DNA from: the human T2T-CHM13v2.0 reference genome, Homo sapiens
NCBI RefSeq assembly: GCF_009914755.1
Contig: NC_060937.1
Direction: 5' to 3' (one strand)
Length of the DNA stretch: 64,000 nucleotides
Each line of letters begins with the position of its first letter. Position 1 is the stretch's first letter. This document shows, one piece after another, positions 46,180 to 61,850 of the stretch. The notes beneath the pieces are model-generated. The model worked only from the letters and a program-made list of their open reading frames with translations. It did no database searches and had not been told where the DNA came from. Position numbers and translations under genes: made by a program.

Positions 46180-46324
46180 TTTTTTTATTTTTTATTTTTT
46201 ATTTTTTTGAGATGAGGGCTTGCTATGTTGCCCAAGGCTGATCTCAAACTCCCGGGGTCAAACACTCCTCTTGCCTCAGCTCTTGAGTAGCTGAGACTAG
46301 AGGAGTGCACCACCATGCCTGGCT
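46180..46324 (-). mobile_element. FLAM (free left Alu monomer)
   Basis: T-rich tail plus cttgctatgttgccc...ctcaaactcc...caccaccatgcctggct. Single monomer. Confidence 0.85.
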
Positions 46325-46649
46325 CCATACAAATATTATAGCTGTCAATTTTTTTGAAAATATCTTTGCAGCTTTACTTGGAATCACTTGAATGTACACA
46401 TTGATTAAAATAGAGGTGATTTTCTGAGAATACAATTTCTAAATAGAAAATGGGAGGATTATGAATAATTTTAGTATATTATCACATTCATAAAGAGTAT
46501 CACTGACTAATATAATTATCTTAGAGCTGATTTATGACTAGGTCCATCCATTGATAGAACTCAGGATAAAAGAAACATATTTTGAATAGTTTTTGCTTGT
46601 TGAATTATGGGCTTATTTGTTCCTTGTGCTGTCCATGCATTTATATGGC

Positions 46650-47055
46650 ACATCATGTAAAGAACATGGCATCTGGAGTCAGGCAGCCTAGAAGTGAGTT
46701 CCAGCTCTGACCACTGGTTATGATGTTGTAAGGGGAAAAAAAATCACTTCTTGTGGCTATATTTTCATCTAAAAGTTACAGTAAAATTTCACACTACTTA
46801 ATAGTTAAGACTGTGGTTTTAGAGTTAGAAAAACTTGAGTTTTAATTCCAGCTGTGTTTCATCCCAGCTGTGTGACAGTGGCCAAATACTCAACCTGTCA
46901 ATGCTTTAATTTCTCCATTTGTAAAGTGAGAATAATACATAATAACTATATAATAACAATTTTAAATGACAGGATAACAGTGAGACTTGAATGCAACACT
47001 GCATATGAAATTCTTAGCACATTATTATGCAGACTAAAAAATTTTAAAAAGTTAA
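46650..47055 (+). mobile_element. Two adjacent MIR fragments
   Basis: tctggagtcaggcagcct...ccagctctgaccact, and gctgtgtgacagtggccaaatactcaacct...catttgtaaagtgagaataata. Confidence 0.7.
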
Positions 47056-47629
47056 CTCTTTTTGGATTACCTTGTGGCCTAAGGGATAGCACTGCACGCT
47101 ATGGCCACTCAAATGCTAATTTAGCATTGGTGTGATTACAACAGCATTCCAACAATATCACATATGTACACAAAACATATACTTTATATTCACCAACCAT
47201 CAAGATCAAGAGGTAAAGCTAAAAAGTATATTTACAAGAAATACAGTGGCTCATTAATTCTTAACTTAGGGAATGTCCTAGTTCATTACTTAAAAATAAA
47301 AATAAAAGCACACAAGCAAGTTTACAAGGATTTTAAGTAGGGCAACCTCCACGTCAATTTCTCTTAAAGTAAGGTGGGTGGGGGCAGCTGCCCACACATC
47401 TACAGTATAGAAAGCCTATTTGCTTTAACAACAGAGGCTTTCCCCTAACACTCTCTACTCAGAGAAGCCCCTCTACCAGTCATCATAGAAGACCAGCCAT
47501 TTAGAAATTAAGACCTTAGAAAATGATTTGTCAATCTTATCTTAATATTCATATAGTATTCATCTTCCATTTCTCAGTCTCAATTAACCTTCATTATTCA
47601 TAGCCTTGCTTAACTACTTAATATTCTCA

Positions 47630-47945
47630 AGACCACATGTACTTTGGACATTTCCCCCCTCTACCTAGAACATTGTCCCCTCTTCACTACCCACCACCAC
47701 ATGCCCATCTGACTCATGACCTCCTATATATAATCAAACTTTTCCTTTAAATTTCACCTCTTCCTGCTTGCTTTCCTTGGTTCCCACAGGGGAAATTAAG
47801 AACTTAATCATCTGTCTTTAATGCTACCTATGTAGCTCAGCTATATTTCTTCTTGAATTTTGTTTTGTGTTTCGGCATGTCTTTGTTCCCTCACCAGACT
47901 ATAAACTAGGGGATAAGGGGCTCCTGCCTATTCATTTTTGTATTT
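47630..47945 (+). mobile_element. L2 3' fragment
   Basis: cctctacctagaaca...tcacctcttcc...ccctcaccagactataaact...tattcatttttgtat. Confidence 0.6.
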
Positions 47946-48044
47946 ATGTTTGTTTACTTGTCTATTTTTTCTTTGAAGTATGTGAACTACTTACTTCATC
48001 AACATTATTAAAGTTGAATTTTCTCCTGCATGCATTTTAATACA

Positions 48045-49549
<1,505 letters not shown>

Positions 49550-50394
49550 TAAACTGGAAAAATACAAATGATGTCACATACCTAATTACTGTTTCTCTGA
49601 CATTTTAAAAATATATAATTGGATTTTTTGCTAAGTATAAAATAAGTATAGCAGAGTATAAAAGTATGTGTTTCACTGACACGTTAAGAATGGAATTTGA
49701 AGTAGGGTTTTTCTGGAACACTCTGTGCAGAGACCAGCTCTCAACAACCAGCACTTATTCCCAACTTCAAAGTAAGCCCTCTTCCCCTTAGGCTGGAAGG
49801 TAGCAACATGAAGCAACCTCAGCTTTCCAGCTATTATTCGTAGTCTTCAAACATGGTCATTTTAGGCAAGCCCTATATGGAGTACAAGCTCTTCAAAGGA
49901 ACCAGAAGCATATCTAGGCTTAAAATATCACTCACCAGAAAGATAAAGATGCTTTGGCAAGGTTGTGTCATTTGATCGTTAGTTCTTTCATAAGTGCCAT
50001 TAAGTACCTCTTTGGCCAAGCATCAGATTTAACAAACAATGTGTAATTCAAATCTCCAACGAGATTGGGCAGGAATGTGTGCTGACTAATCAAGGTATCG
50101 GCAAAATGAGAAAGCAAAGCACTTTGGCCCGGCACTGGGCTCCACCTGCCTATCACTAGCACAGTGATAGTGTGGGGCTGGTTCAGGCCAGGGCTATTGT
50201 ATATACAGCATCCAAAAATAGGAAGGAATGAGCCTCAGTTTGCTATACCTGATGTGATCATTATGGTCTTTCTTCACAGAAATTTGGCTAAATTTAACAC
50301 AAATTAGAATAACAATTAAAAATTAATATATAACTAGATGCCAGTGAAAAGCTAATAGCCTTCTGATGACCTTAAATAAAACATTCCTAGAGGG

Positions 50395-50630
50395 AAAGAA
50401 ACCACTACTGAGCATCTCCAATATGTCAGACTCAACACTAGGCCCTTTAGGTAAAGGCATCTGCTTTAATTTTTGCAATAATCCTAGTCATTTGTATTGT
50501 TATACCTACTTCACAGATGAGGAAAGTGAGGCTCAGAGAAGTTATATAACTTTTTTTCAATATCTCATGGTGAGAGAGTATCAAAGCCAACATTTGCACT
50601 CAACAAAATCTAATTTCCATTCCATCACAG
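50395..50630 (-). mobile_element. MIR
   Basis: tactgagcatc...ttcacagatgaggaaagtgaggctcagagaagtta. Confidence 0.8.
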
Positions 50631-50821
50631 CAAACACACCTCTACTTTACTCAAGGCATCAATATTTCTTTGTCTTAAGCCCCCCCTTTTATATTTTTAT
50701 TTCTGTCTTCTATATATACTTCTTTCTATGGCCTTTGCCCTTAGGTTTTCTAAAACCTTAAGAAAAATAATCATTCTTCATTACATGTTTCCCAAGATTT
50801 TGTCCATAACTTTTAAAAAAT

Positions 50822-51010
50822 TCAACCAGGTTCAGATAAAATTCTAGATTCCTATTCTCTGATAAACGGTTTCTTATACAAGAAACTCAGTTTCCAAACT
50901 AACCAATCAACCATGTTTCAGATAAAATTCTGGATTCCTATTCTCTGATAAACAAACACTTTCTTATACAAGAAACTCAGTTTCCAAACTAACCAATCAA
51001 CCATGTTTCA
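50822..51010. repeat. 85-90-bp tandem duplication
   Basis: Units start at 50822, 50907 and 50997 (tcaacca). The block ttcttatacaagaaactcagtttccaaactaaccaa is identical in both copies. Confidence 0.95.
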
Positions 51011-51863
51011 ATGGACTCAGAAAAATAAAAGGCACTGAACTTTGTGATGGCTGCTTCATTGGAAAGAGCAATTAAAAGAAGCTCTCACGATTAGCAATGG
51101 ATGCAAATGTGTCTTGGTTATATTTTGCTTACATTCATGCATAAAAAGTTAAAACTTCATCTTGTACCCAGACAAAACCAGTTAACCCTGGTTTTGTGTG
51201 GAAAGCAAATACTTCACTCAACTTTCAGAGGATGTTTTTTCCTAATTTTATTTTTCAGACAAATGAGCGATAGCAACTAGAGAACAAATTGGTGGCAAGG
51301 TTTTAAATTTCTGGAAATGTTTTCCAATTATATGTTAGTTATATGAGATCATTTATTTTCAGATATGTGCCAAGATTTGAAATTTCAGACTTTGGGATTT
51401 TAGATTAAAGATAAGCCACAAATATTTGTAATTGGACTAAGTGTTTCTATTAGCCAGTCAGTCTCACTACCACCTCCTCACACCCCTCTACACACAGCAC
51501 TTCATTCAAGACTTCTATACCTGCTGTATTGTCTTTCTACCCAATCCCTGTTATCATCTGGCCAATGGCATCATCAGTGGCAACCCATATGGTCCCAGAA
51601 AGCCAGCCTCTTGATCTCCAAGAGTCATCACCTCCATCCCCCATTCCATTACAGGTATCACTGATCACAGCCCTAACTAAACCAGCTGACTTATCTTCCA
51701 GAATGGCTCTTCTTCATAATTCTCAAATCCAGACTAATGACAACCTGCTACAATCATGACTATCTCACTCAATTATTCACACTACACCAATTCTTCCACC
51801 ACTTCGACACCTCTGATTTTGCTATCTCCAAACCTAAGAGTGTTTACCTATCTTTACTTTCTT

Positions 51864-52817
51864 TTATTTTTTTAATTTTACTTTAAGCTCTGGGATACAT
51901 GTGCAGAATGTTCAGGTTTGTTAGTTAGGTATACATGTGCCATGGTGGTTTACTGCATCTATCAACCGGTCATCTAGGTTTTAAGCCATGCATGCATTAG
52001 GTATTTGTCCTAATGCTCTCCCTCCCCTTGTCCCCCACCCCCCAACAGGCCCTGGTGTGTGATGTTCCCCTCCCCGTGTTCATGTGTTCTCACTGTTCAA
52101 CTGTCACTTATGAGTGAGAACACGTGGTGTTTGGTTTTCTGTTCCTGTGTTAGTTTGCTGAGAATGATGGTTTCCAGCTTCATTCATGTCCCTGCAAAGG
52201 ACATGAACTCATTCTTTTTTATGGCTGCATAGTACTCCATGGTTCCATGGTGTATATGTGCCACATTTTCTTTATCCACTCTATCAGTGATGGGCATTTG
52301 GGTTGGTTCCAAGTCTTTGTTATTATAAATAGTGCTGCAATAAACTTTCATGTACATGTGTCTTTATAGTAGAATGATTGATAATCTATTGGGTATATAC
52401 CCAGTAATGGGATTGCCAGGTCAAATGGTATTTCTGGTTCTACACCCTTGAGGAATCACCACACCATCTTCCACAATGGTTGAACTAATTTATCAACAGT
52501 GTAAAGGTGTTCCTATTTCTCCACAGCCTCGCTAGCATGTGTTGTTTCCTGATTTTTTAATGATTGCCATTCTAACTGGCGTGAGATTGTATCTCATTGT
52601 GGTTTTTATTTGCATTTCTCTAATGACCAGTGATGATGAGCTTTTTTTCGTATGTTTCTTGGCCACATAAATGTCTTCTTTTGAGAAGTGTCTGTTCATA
52701 TCCTTCGCCCACTCTTTTATGGGGTTGTTTGTTTTTTTTTTTCTTGTAAATTTGTTTAAGCTCCCTTTAGGATGGGAGAAAATTTTTGCAGCCTACCTAT
52801 CTGAAAAGGTCTAATAT
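51864..52817 (-). mobile_element. L1PA8-like truncated L1 with a 5' inversion
   Basis: L1PA7/8 3' UTR (catctaggttttaagcc, gcattaggtatttgtcctaatgctctccctcccc). Inverted piece at 52771-52819. Perfect 17-bp TSD cctatctttactttctt at 51847-51863 and 52818-52834. Confidence 0.95.
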
Positions 52818-53329
52818 CCTATCTTTACTTTCTTCAATTCAACCTGGATTCCAGAGCAATTACTTTTTTCACTGGCTTGCCACTTTCTCCAACTATCTTG
52901 CCCTACTCCCATTCACAGATGCTTGCGAGACCCCCACTGCCAATCTCGAGGCTTCCAGGAACAGCCTGGAAAATAATCACACAATGTCCTCTCAGGAGAG
53001 TTTTTCTCCTTACCCATGGGGGTAGGGTACTTATCTGAACCAGGCCTTTAGTTACCACCCTTTCCTTTCCCAGGAAGTTCTCCTTTTCTCTAGAGATGTT
53101 CCCTCAACCTTGCTTAACTTTCTAGAACTTACTAGCTAACCATCTTCTCCTCTCCCACACTTTATTTATTTATTTGAGAAATATTTATTGAACACCTACT
53201 ATTTGCCAGATCCTAATCTAAGCACATGGCCTCAAATCCTAATTGCAAAGAAAAGGAAACTCATTACAGAGACAATTCTTCACATTTTTTGCCATGTAAG
53301 ATACTACAAACTACCCATCTTTTCTTTCT

Positions 53330-54195
53330 TTCTTCTAGAGAAAACGATTCCCACCCGCTCCCTACTGAAGATGCTTCTATCTTTCCACTGGTGCTTGGAT
53401 TTGCAGTTTCTTCCAGCCTGCTCTCCTTTACCCTCAACCTCTTGCTTTCCACTGGTTCCATTTAACAAGCATGAAAACATTCTCAATTTCTCTCAGTATA
53501 AACAAAAAAACCTCTCTGGCTGTACTTTCCATTCCAGTGACTATCTCTTCTTTTTGATCCACTTTCTCACTTCCCATTTACTTCTTAGCCTTGTATGCTT
53601 CCTTTCCCACCACTCTATTATGTCATTATACACCAAGATTTCCAGGGCTCTCTTGTTGCTTTAGCCAATAGACTAAATAAATAAATAAATAGATGCTCTT
53701 TAGTTTACTTTGCCTTTCTGAAATGTGTGACGCTCTTGACCATTCTCTCTCCCTTGATGTCACAGACACCTTGTACTTTTGGTTTTCTTTTTATCCTCTT
53801 AGATATCTTCTTGGTGGTTTCCTTATCCTCTCTTCCCTTTGTCTTCGGGTTTAAGTCCACATCCACTAACCTGCCAAACCAGCCCTTCAATTTTACCTTT
53901 TCTTTTCCCCAGGGGCTCCTGATCTCTTCATTATAACACATAAAGTTTCACTTTTCCTTCTTCCCAGCATCTTCCCTTTCTACTATTGTCTGGCAAGGTC
54001 TATTCAGTCACAGACATTGCCTTCTCTAAGCTTCCTCCCCATCCAGTCACTAATCACACTGCACTGAAATTGCCTGTGTCCCCACTGGATGGTGAACTTC
54101 TTAAAAGCAAGGGTTATGAGGCATGTACCATTTCGTCTTCAACATAGGATCTGGCAAACAGATGTTCAATTATTTTAAATTTATTTAATTTATGA
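53330..54195 (+). mobile_element. L2 remnant(s)
   Basis: C/T-rich L2 ORF-like sequence ending ccccactggatggtgaacttcttaaaagcaaggg...tctggcaaacagatgttcaat. Confidence 0.6.
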
Positions 54196-54596
54196 ATTCT
54201 GGACATTTGTGTCTTTTCCCTGTACCTAACTCTGACTTTCCTTGATACTATATTCTCCCATAACATTTCTCAAAGATGTAGGCTACATATTTGATGCTCA
54301 GCCATTAAACAATTTCTCTCTTAAGTTTAGTGTTAGAGGTACACATTATTAACTTCAAAATATTTCAGTTGGCCATGATATTATGAGTCAATAACATGAA
54401 GCCAACCTACACTAGAGTTTATTATTGTTATAATAAATTCTAGTTGAGCTAAAATATTCTCTTAGGTTTAAAGAATTAAGTCACACATATAACAACATGC
54501 CACAAAGTCTACCATTAAAATAGTAAGGTACTACACATGAACAAACAGATAGACCAATGGAGAAAAACCAAAAATTCTCAAAATATATGTGGACAC

Positions 54597-54973
54597 TGTA
54601 TTGATTTCCTATTGCTGCTCTAACAAGTTACCACAAACCTAGTGGCTTATACCAACACAAATGTATTATCATACAGATCTGTAACAAGAAGTCCAACACA
54701 CATCTCACTGGACCAAATGAAGGTCTAGCCATGGCTGCATCTCTTCTTGGAGGCTCTATGGAAGGACACATTTCCTTGTCCTTTCCAGCCTCTGGAGGCT
54801 GCTGTATTCCTTGGCTCATGGATCTCTTTCTCCATCTTTAAGCCAGCAACACAGCATCTCCTTGACCCTTATTCCATCATCACATCTTTCTCTGACTATA
54901 GCCAGAAATGGCTCTCCTCTTTTAAGAATTTCTGTGATATGACTGGGCACACCCAAGTAATTTAGGACAGTCT
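54597..54973 (-). mobile_element. MLT1D-like MaLR LTR
   Basis: tgtattgatttcctattgctgctctaacaagttaccacaaacctagtggctta...ggaggctcta...ttccagcctctggaggctgc. Confidence 0.85.
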
Positions 54974-55316
54974 TTTATTAGATATATAATCACAAATCAC
55001 TGGGAAAAAATGATTTATTAATAAATGATGTTGGATCAACTAAAGAGCCATTTGGAAAAAGCTAAATTATATTTATATCTCACACTATTCACAAGAATAA
55101 ACTCCCTGCCTTAGAGCTGTAAGTGTAAAAACGTGAACTCATATACATATACCTAAAAATGAGAAAACATAAAAAATAAATACATTTGACTTTATGATAA
55201 AATGTGAAAATGTAAATGACAAATTATGACTATATTTTTCAGGGTTTTTTTTTTGCAGTTTTAACTAGGAAGAAAAAGGGACTAATATCCCTGAGATTAA
55301 ATGAGAAAAATAACTA

Positions 55317-55698
55317 TAGTCATGTGTCCCTTAATGACAGGGATATATTCTGAGAAATGCATCATTAGGTGATTTCGTCATTGTGTGAACATCATAGGGT
55401 GTACTTGCACAAACCTATGGTATGGTCTACTTCACGGCTAGGCTGTATGGTATAGCCTATTGCTCCTGGGCTACAAACCTGTAGGGCATGTTACTATGCT
55501 GAATACTGTAGGCAATTGTAACAGGATGGTAAGTATTTGTGTGTCTAAACAGATCTTAACATAGAAAAGGTAATGTGTTTCACTATAACTTTACATCACT
55601 AAGCACTAGGAATTTTTCAGTTCCATTATAATATTATGAAATCGCTGTCATTTATATAGTCCATCATTTACCAAAACATTGCTATGTGCCACACAACT
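55317..55698 (-). mobile_element. Tigger3-family MITE (3a/3c/3d-like)
   Basis: agtcatgtgtcccttaatgacagggatatattctgagaaatgcatcattaggtgatttcgtcattgtgtgaacatc...accaaaacattgctatgtgccacacaact. Confidence 0.88.
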
Positions 55699-57074
55699 AA
55701 ATAAAAAATAGAAAAGAATATTACAATTTTTACTAAATGGGCAAAAAAAAATGAATAGACAGTTCATGGAAAAATAAAAGCAAAAATCCCTGTACATATG
55801 GGAAAAAAGTATCTATCTCATAATCAGGAAATTGCAAAATACCACTATATTATGATACTATCTCTCACCTATTAGATTATAAATATTGAGAAACTTGACA
55901 ATAGACTCAGTGATGAAGCATTAGAATTACAAACACTCAAATATATGCAAAGGGAGGTACAAAATGATCCAAACCCTATGGAGGGGATTTTTGTAATAGT
56001 TTAAGAAAATTATATATATATATACCCATTAGCCAAGTAATATCATTTTTAGGAGTCTACCTTGAACTTTACAAACCTGAAACACTTATGTATAAGTTTA
56101 TTTATCAAGGATCATTATGAGAGCAGTGTGGTTTGAATAAATTATCATATATACAGGAGCAAAGTTGTATGTAGCCATATGAAAGAAAAGGGATACACTC
56201 TAAGAGAGATAATGGAGCATTTTTAGGAACACATTATTAATTATATTTAGTAGGCTTCATTTCATGTGAGACTGAAAGGGAAAAAAATTTTATATTTATA
56301 AAATGTATACAAATACCTATATATGTACATATAACATTTGCTTCATTTTGTTAAAAGAAACACAGGTAGCATAAATACAAATTAATGAAAATGGTTAACT
56401 ATAGGATGTAGATAGGAACCTGATGGAGAAACTAAGGAATGAAATAAAATCTTTTTAAAGTATACCTTTTGATATACTTTAAAAAGTATATTAAACATAC
56501 TTTTTAATATAGTATAATTTGGACTATTTAACATTTATATGATTTATATATTAAAACATTTATATTAAATCAAAAAGAAAAACAAATTCTAAAACAATAC
56601 AAATGAAAAGAAATGAACCTATCTGTATATAGCATTGTTAACATTAATGCACAGAGAAAAGAATTACAGGAAACTTTTGAACATACTACCCTGTAGATCT
56701 CTAGGGGAAAATATTCTGAGGACAATAATAATTGCAAAGAAGTCTTAAACTTGACTCTGTATATTTAGCAATAGTGGTGCTACTGGTATTGTGATTTTAA
56801 AAATATTATAGTTGTATTACAGCATAGAATAAAGCAAATAAGTAAATACCTTAATATTATTAGAAATCTTGATTTCCAGTGTAAGAGAAAGAAGATACAA
56901 AGAAGTTTAGAAATAAAACTATGTTGTTAAATTTTAATTGGAAATAGCAATATAAGCTCATATTTTTTGAAAAGTAAATCTCTTGGCTCTATCTACAGAA
57001 AGATCCTAGAAGCAGTGACACGTCAGTGGCAATGAGTATCCCTAACATCCAGATTTTTGTTTGTAATTGTTATT

Positions 57075-57503
57075 TGCATTAGTTCAAGTCCACTATGAAG
57101 CAGACATCAAAACTGGATCTACTCCACGTGCAAGAGGTTTGTTAGGAGAAGGAGCAGAAGAAGGTAGAGAGAGTCCTCAGATGAAGATGCAAACCCGACG
57201 TCTGTGGAAGGAGGAAGGAAGGGAAGAAAAGAGGGTAGGGAGGAAGTGTGTCAGGCTGCTGCACATTTCTGAGAAAAGTTCAGCTGGGCCAATTGAGAGC
57301 CCTGATGTAAAAGTCCTGCATCTTTCCAGAATGAGCCTGTCTTTATAGCCTTGCCATGCTCAGTTATGGCTGCATGCAACCATGGGAACTGTAGGCTCTG
57401 CACGGGTTTGATGGTGGATACAGAAAAGCAGCTTCTGGTGCTGTCAGTCAATTATGCTTTCCACAGAAGGAGATCTGAATGGTCCATTTCCATGGCTATT
57501 ACA
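57075..57503 (-). mobile_element. LTR16B-like ERVL solo LTR
   Basis: gaagcagac...gtgcaagaggtttgttagg...ggagatctgaatggtccatttccatggctattaca. Confidence 0.7.
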
Positions 57504-57591
57504 CCACTCCTTGAAAGAAACCAAGGCTCCTTGGAGAAATAACTCATTGCAGGTCTGCACAGGGAAGGTATGAAGTAAGTCTTTTACTTAA

Positions 57592-58783
57592 CTCTGGACT
57601 TCTTCCTTTCACCATATATAAAATTAACTCAAGATGGTTTAAATACTTACATGTAAGATCTGAAACAATAAAAAACCCTAGAAGAAAACCTAGGAAATAC
57701 CATTCTGGACATCAGTCTTGGCAAATAATTTATGACTAAGTCCCCAAAAACAATTACAACAAAAACAAAAATTGTCAAGTGAGACTTAATTAAAGTAAAG
57801 AGCTTTTGCACAGCAAAAGAAACTATCAACAGGGTAAAAAGACAACCTACAGAATGGGAGAAAATATTCACAAACTATGCATCCAATAAAGATCTAATAT
57901 CCAAAATCTATAAGTAACTTAATTCAACAAACAAAAATCAAATAACCCCATTAAAAAATAAGGACAGGACAGGAGCAGACACTTCTCAAAAGAAGGCATA
58001 CATGCACCAACAAACATATTTTAAAATGCTCATTATTACTAATCATTCAAGAAATGCAAATCAAAACCACATGAGATAACCATCTCACACCAGTAAGAAT
58101 GGCTATTATTAAAAGGTCAAGAAACAACAAATGCTGGCGAAGTTGCAGAGAAAAGGGAACATTTATGCACTGTGAGTTGGAATGTAAATTAGCTCAGCCA
58201 CTGCAGCAATCAGTGTGGAGATTTCTCAAAACTTAAAACAACTACCTTTAGATCCAGCAATCCCATTACCAAGTATATACCCAAAGGAAAATTAATCATT
58301 CTACCAAGAGGACATGCACACATATGTTCATCACAGCACTATTCACAATAGCAAAGACATGGAATCAACCAAGATGCCCATCAATGATGGACTGAATCAA
58401 GAAAATGTGGTCATATGCACCATGGAATACTATGAACCCATAAAAAGAGAATGAAATCATGTCCTTTGCAGCCACATGAATGGGGCTAGAGGCCATTATC
58501 CTAAGCTAAGTAAGGTAGGAACAGACAACCTAATAACACATGTTGTCATTCATAAGTGGGAGTTAAACATGGAAAACACATGGACACAAAGATGGGAACA
58601 ATAGCCACTGGGGACTGCTTGAGAGAGGGGGGTGGAGTGGGGGCATGGGTTGGAAAGATTCCTATGCAGTACTAGGCTCACTACCTGGGTAGTGAGATCA
58701 TTACTATGCGTCAGCAACATGTAATTTGCTCATGTGACAAACTTGCACATGTACCCCTCAACCTAAAAGTAGAAAGAAAAAAA
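57592..58783 (+). mobile_element. L1PA15/16-like 3' 1.2 kb
   Basis: ORF2 C-terminus (aagagcttttgcacagcaaaagaaac, gaaatgcaaatcaaaaccac), 3' UTR (ggacacaaagatgggaacaatag) and an A tail. Confidence 0.9.
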
Positions 58784-58826
58784 TAGGTATACTTTTTTAG
58801 AAAACAGAATAAAGCATGTCAATTTA

Positions 58827-59207
<381 letters not shown>

Positions 59208-59234
59208 CTATGAGATAAATACATAATCTCCAAG

Positions 59235-59395
59235 GGTAGAAACTTGTAGTTCTAAACCTCAGCCCAGTTGCTCAATTTCAGCTTGGGTAACTTGTCCAAA
59301 CTGCTTCACCTGGACTTCTCTCACTCAAATAAGGGCAAGATGAGGGCCTGGGTGGAAGGATGATCACTAGGATCGCCTTAAAGCATCATTCCATG
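59235..59395 (+). mobile_element. MIR3-like
   Basis: Degenerate core followed by ggatgatcactaggatcgcctt...attccatg. Confidence 0.45.
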
Positions 59396-60224
59396 GCATA
59401 ACTTTGTTTTTATGGTGTTGATATAATTGATATCACAAACTTACAGACTACCGCAGCAATCTGAATCATAAAATTCGCTAGTTTACAAGCCACTTGAAAA
59501 ATTTAAATTTACACAGTGAAAAACAAGTGATTTCGAATTGACATCATCTCTTACTATGAAAATTGTAAGTTTAAATCTCTAAATGAGTGAGTAATTTTGT
59601 TTTTAGGATTTGAGAAGAAGTAGTTATCAGTATGGACTTTGCATTCATGACAAAATGTCTATTAGATTTACAAGCTAAGCTTTTTGTCATCATATTTCTG
59701 GATGATTTCTTCGCTCAGGTCAATTTTGAGGCTTGAAGGGAGGAATGGCCTTTATCAAAGTCACCTTGTTTAACAGAATCTGGCAGTACCAGCTTCTCTG
59801 AAGGTGTCAAGATGAGGTCAGCTCCAAAGATAATAACATAACATGAAATTCAAACAGAATTCATTTTGGTTTGTATTTGTCTTCTTTCTGAAGTCTCCTA
59901 ATTATGAGCTGAGTTTTAAACAAGAAATGTTTTTAAAAACGAATTTGTTTAATGAGGCCCACTAATAACCTGCTCAGAGATTTTAGGAGGGCATATAGGG
60001 CATTAATTCCTATGAGTTAGCAGTAATTAGCAGAGTAGTTCTTATACATATTCCTGTACATATTATCAATAAATTATAAGGTTGCTGCTAAATTGGTTAG
60101 TAAGGTCAGTGTGAACCATACCAAATAAATCATCAACTATTATTAAAGCACTGCTAAGTTTAAGGAACGTATGGAGAAATCAAAGACGTAAAACATCTCT
60201 CTCTAAGCTTCATACGCAATCTGT

Positions 60225-61600
<1,376 letters not shown>

Positions 61601-61619
61601 GCATTGTATTTTATTTATA

Positions 61620-61850
61620 TAATGATATTATACATTTTGCAAAGCACTTTCACCAACTCCTAATACACACACTTTTTACCAACTCCACACACACAACTTT
61701 GATGTGAGTGTAGGAAGCCAGATGAGGAAACAAGTGCAGACAACTTAGGGGTGACACCCCGGTTTCACAGTCCATTAGCTCTGCACCAGTGCTTTGCTCA
61801 CGCTCAAATATGGAACTTATATTTCAGATCAGTCTTATGGTCCTGCTTTC
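61620..61850 (-). mobile_element. MIR
   Basis: ttttgcaaagcactttcac...cagatgaggaaacaag...gtttcacag. Confidence 0.6.

Larger units (their letters stand above)
54500..57585 (+). mobile_element. Old L1MC/MD-type element (ORF2 end and 3' UTR), fragmented by MLT1D, Tigger3 and LTR16
   Basis: acagatagaccaatgga, atgaatagacagttca, cctagaagcagtgacac...ccagattt, and aaccaaggctccttggagaaat. Confidence 0.65.

Noticed and set aside
53188-53664. 158-aa ORF
   Set aside because: It lies in pyrimidine-rich L2 remnants with a non-ATG start and no splice or homology support.
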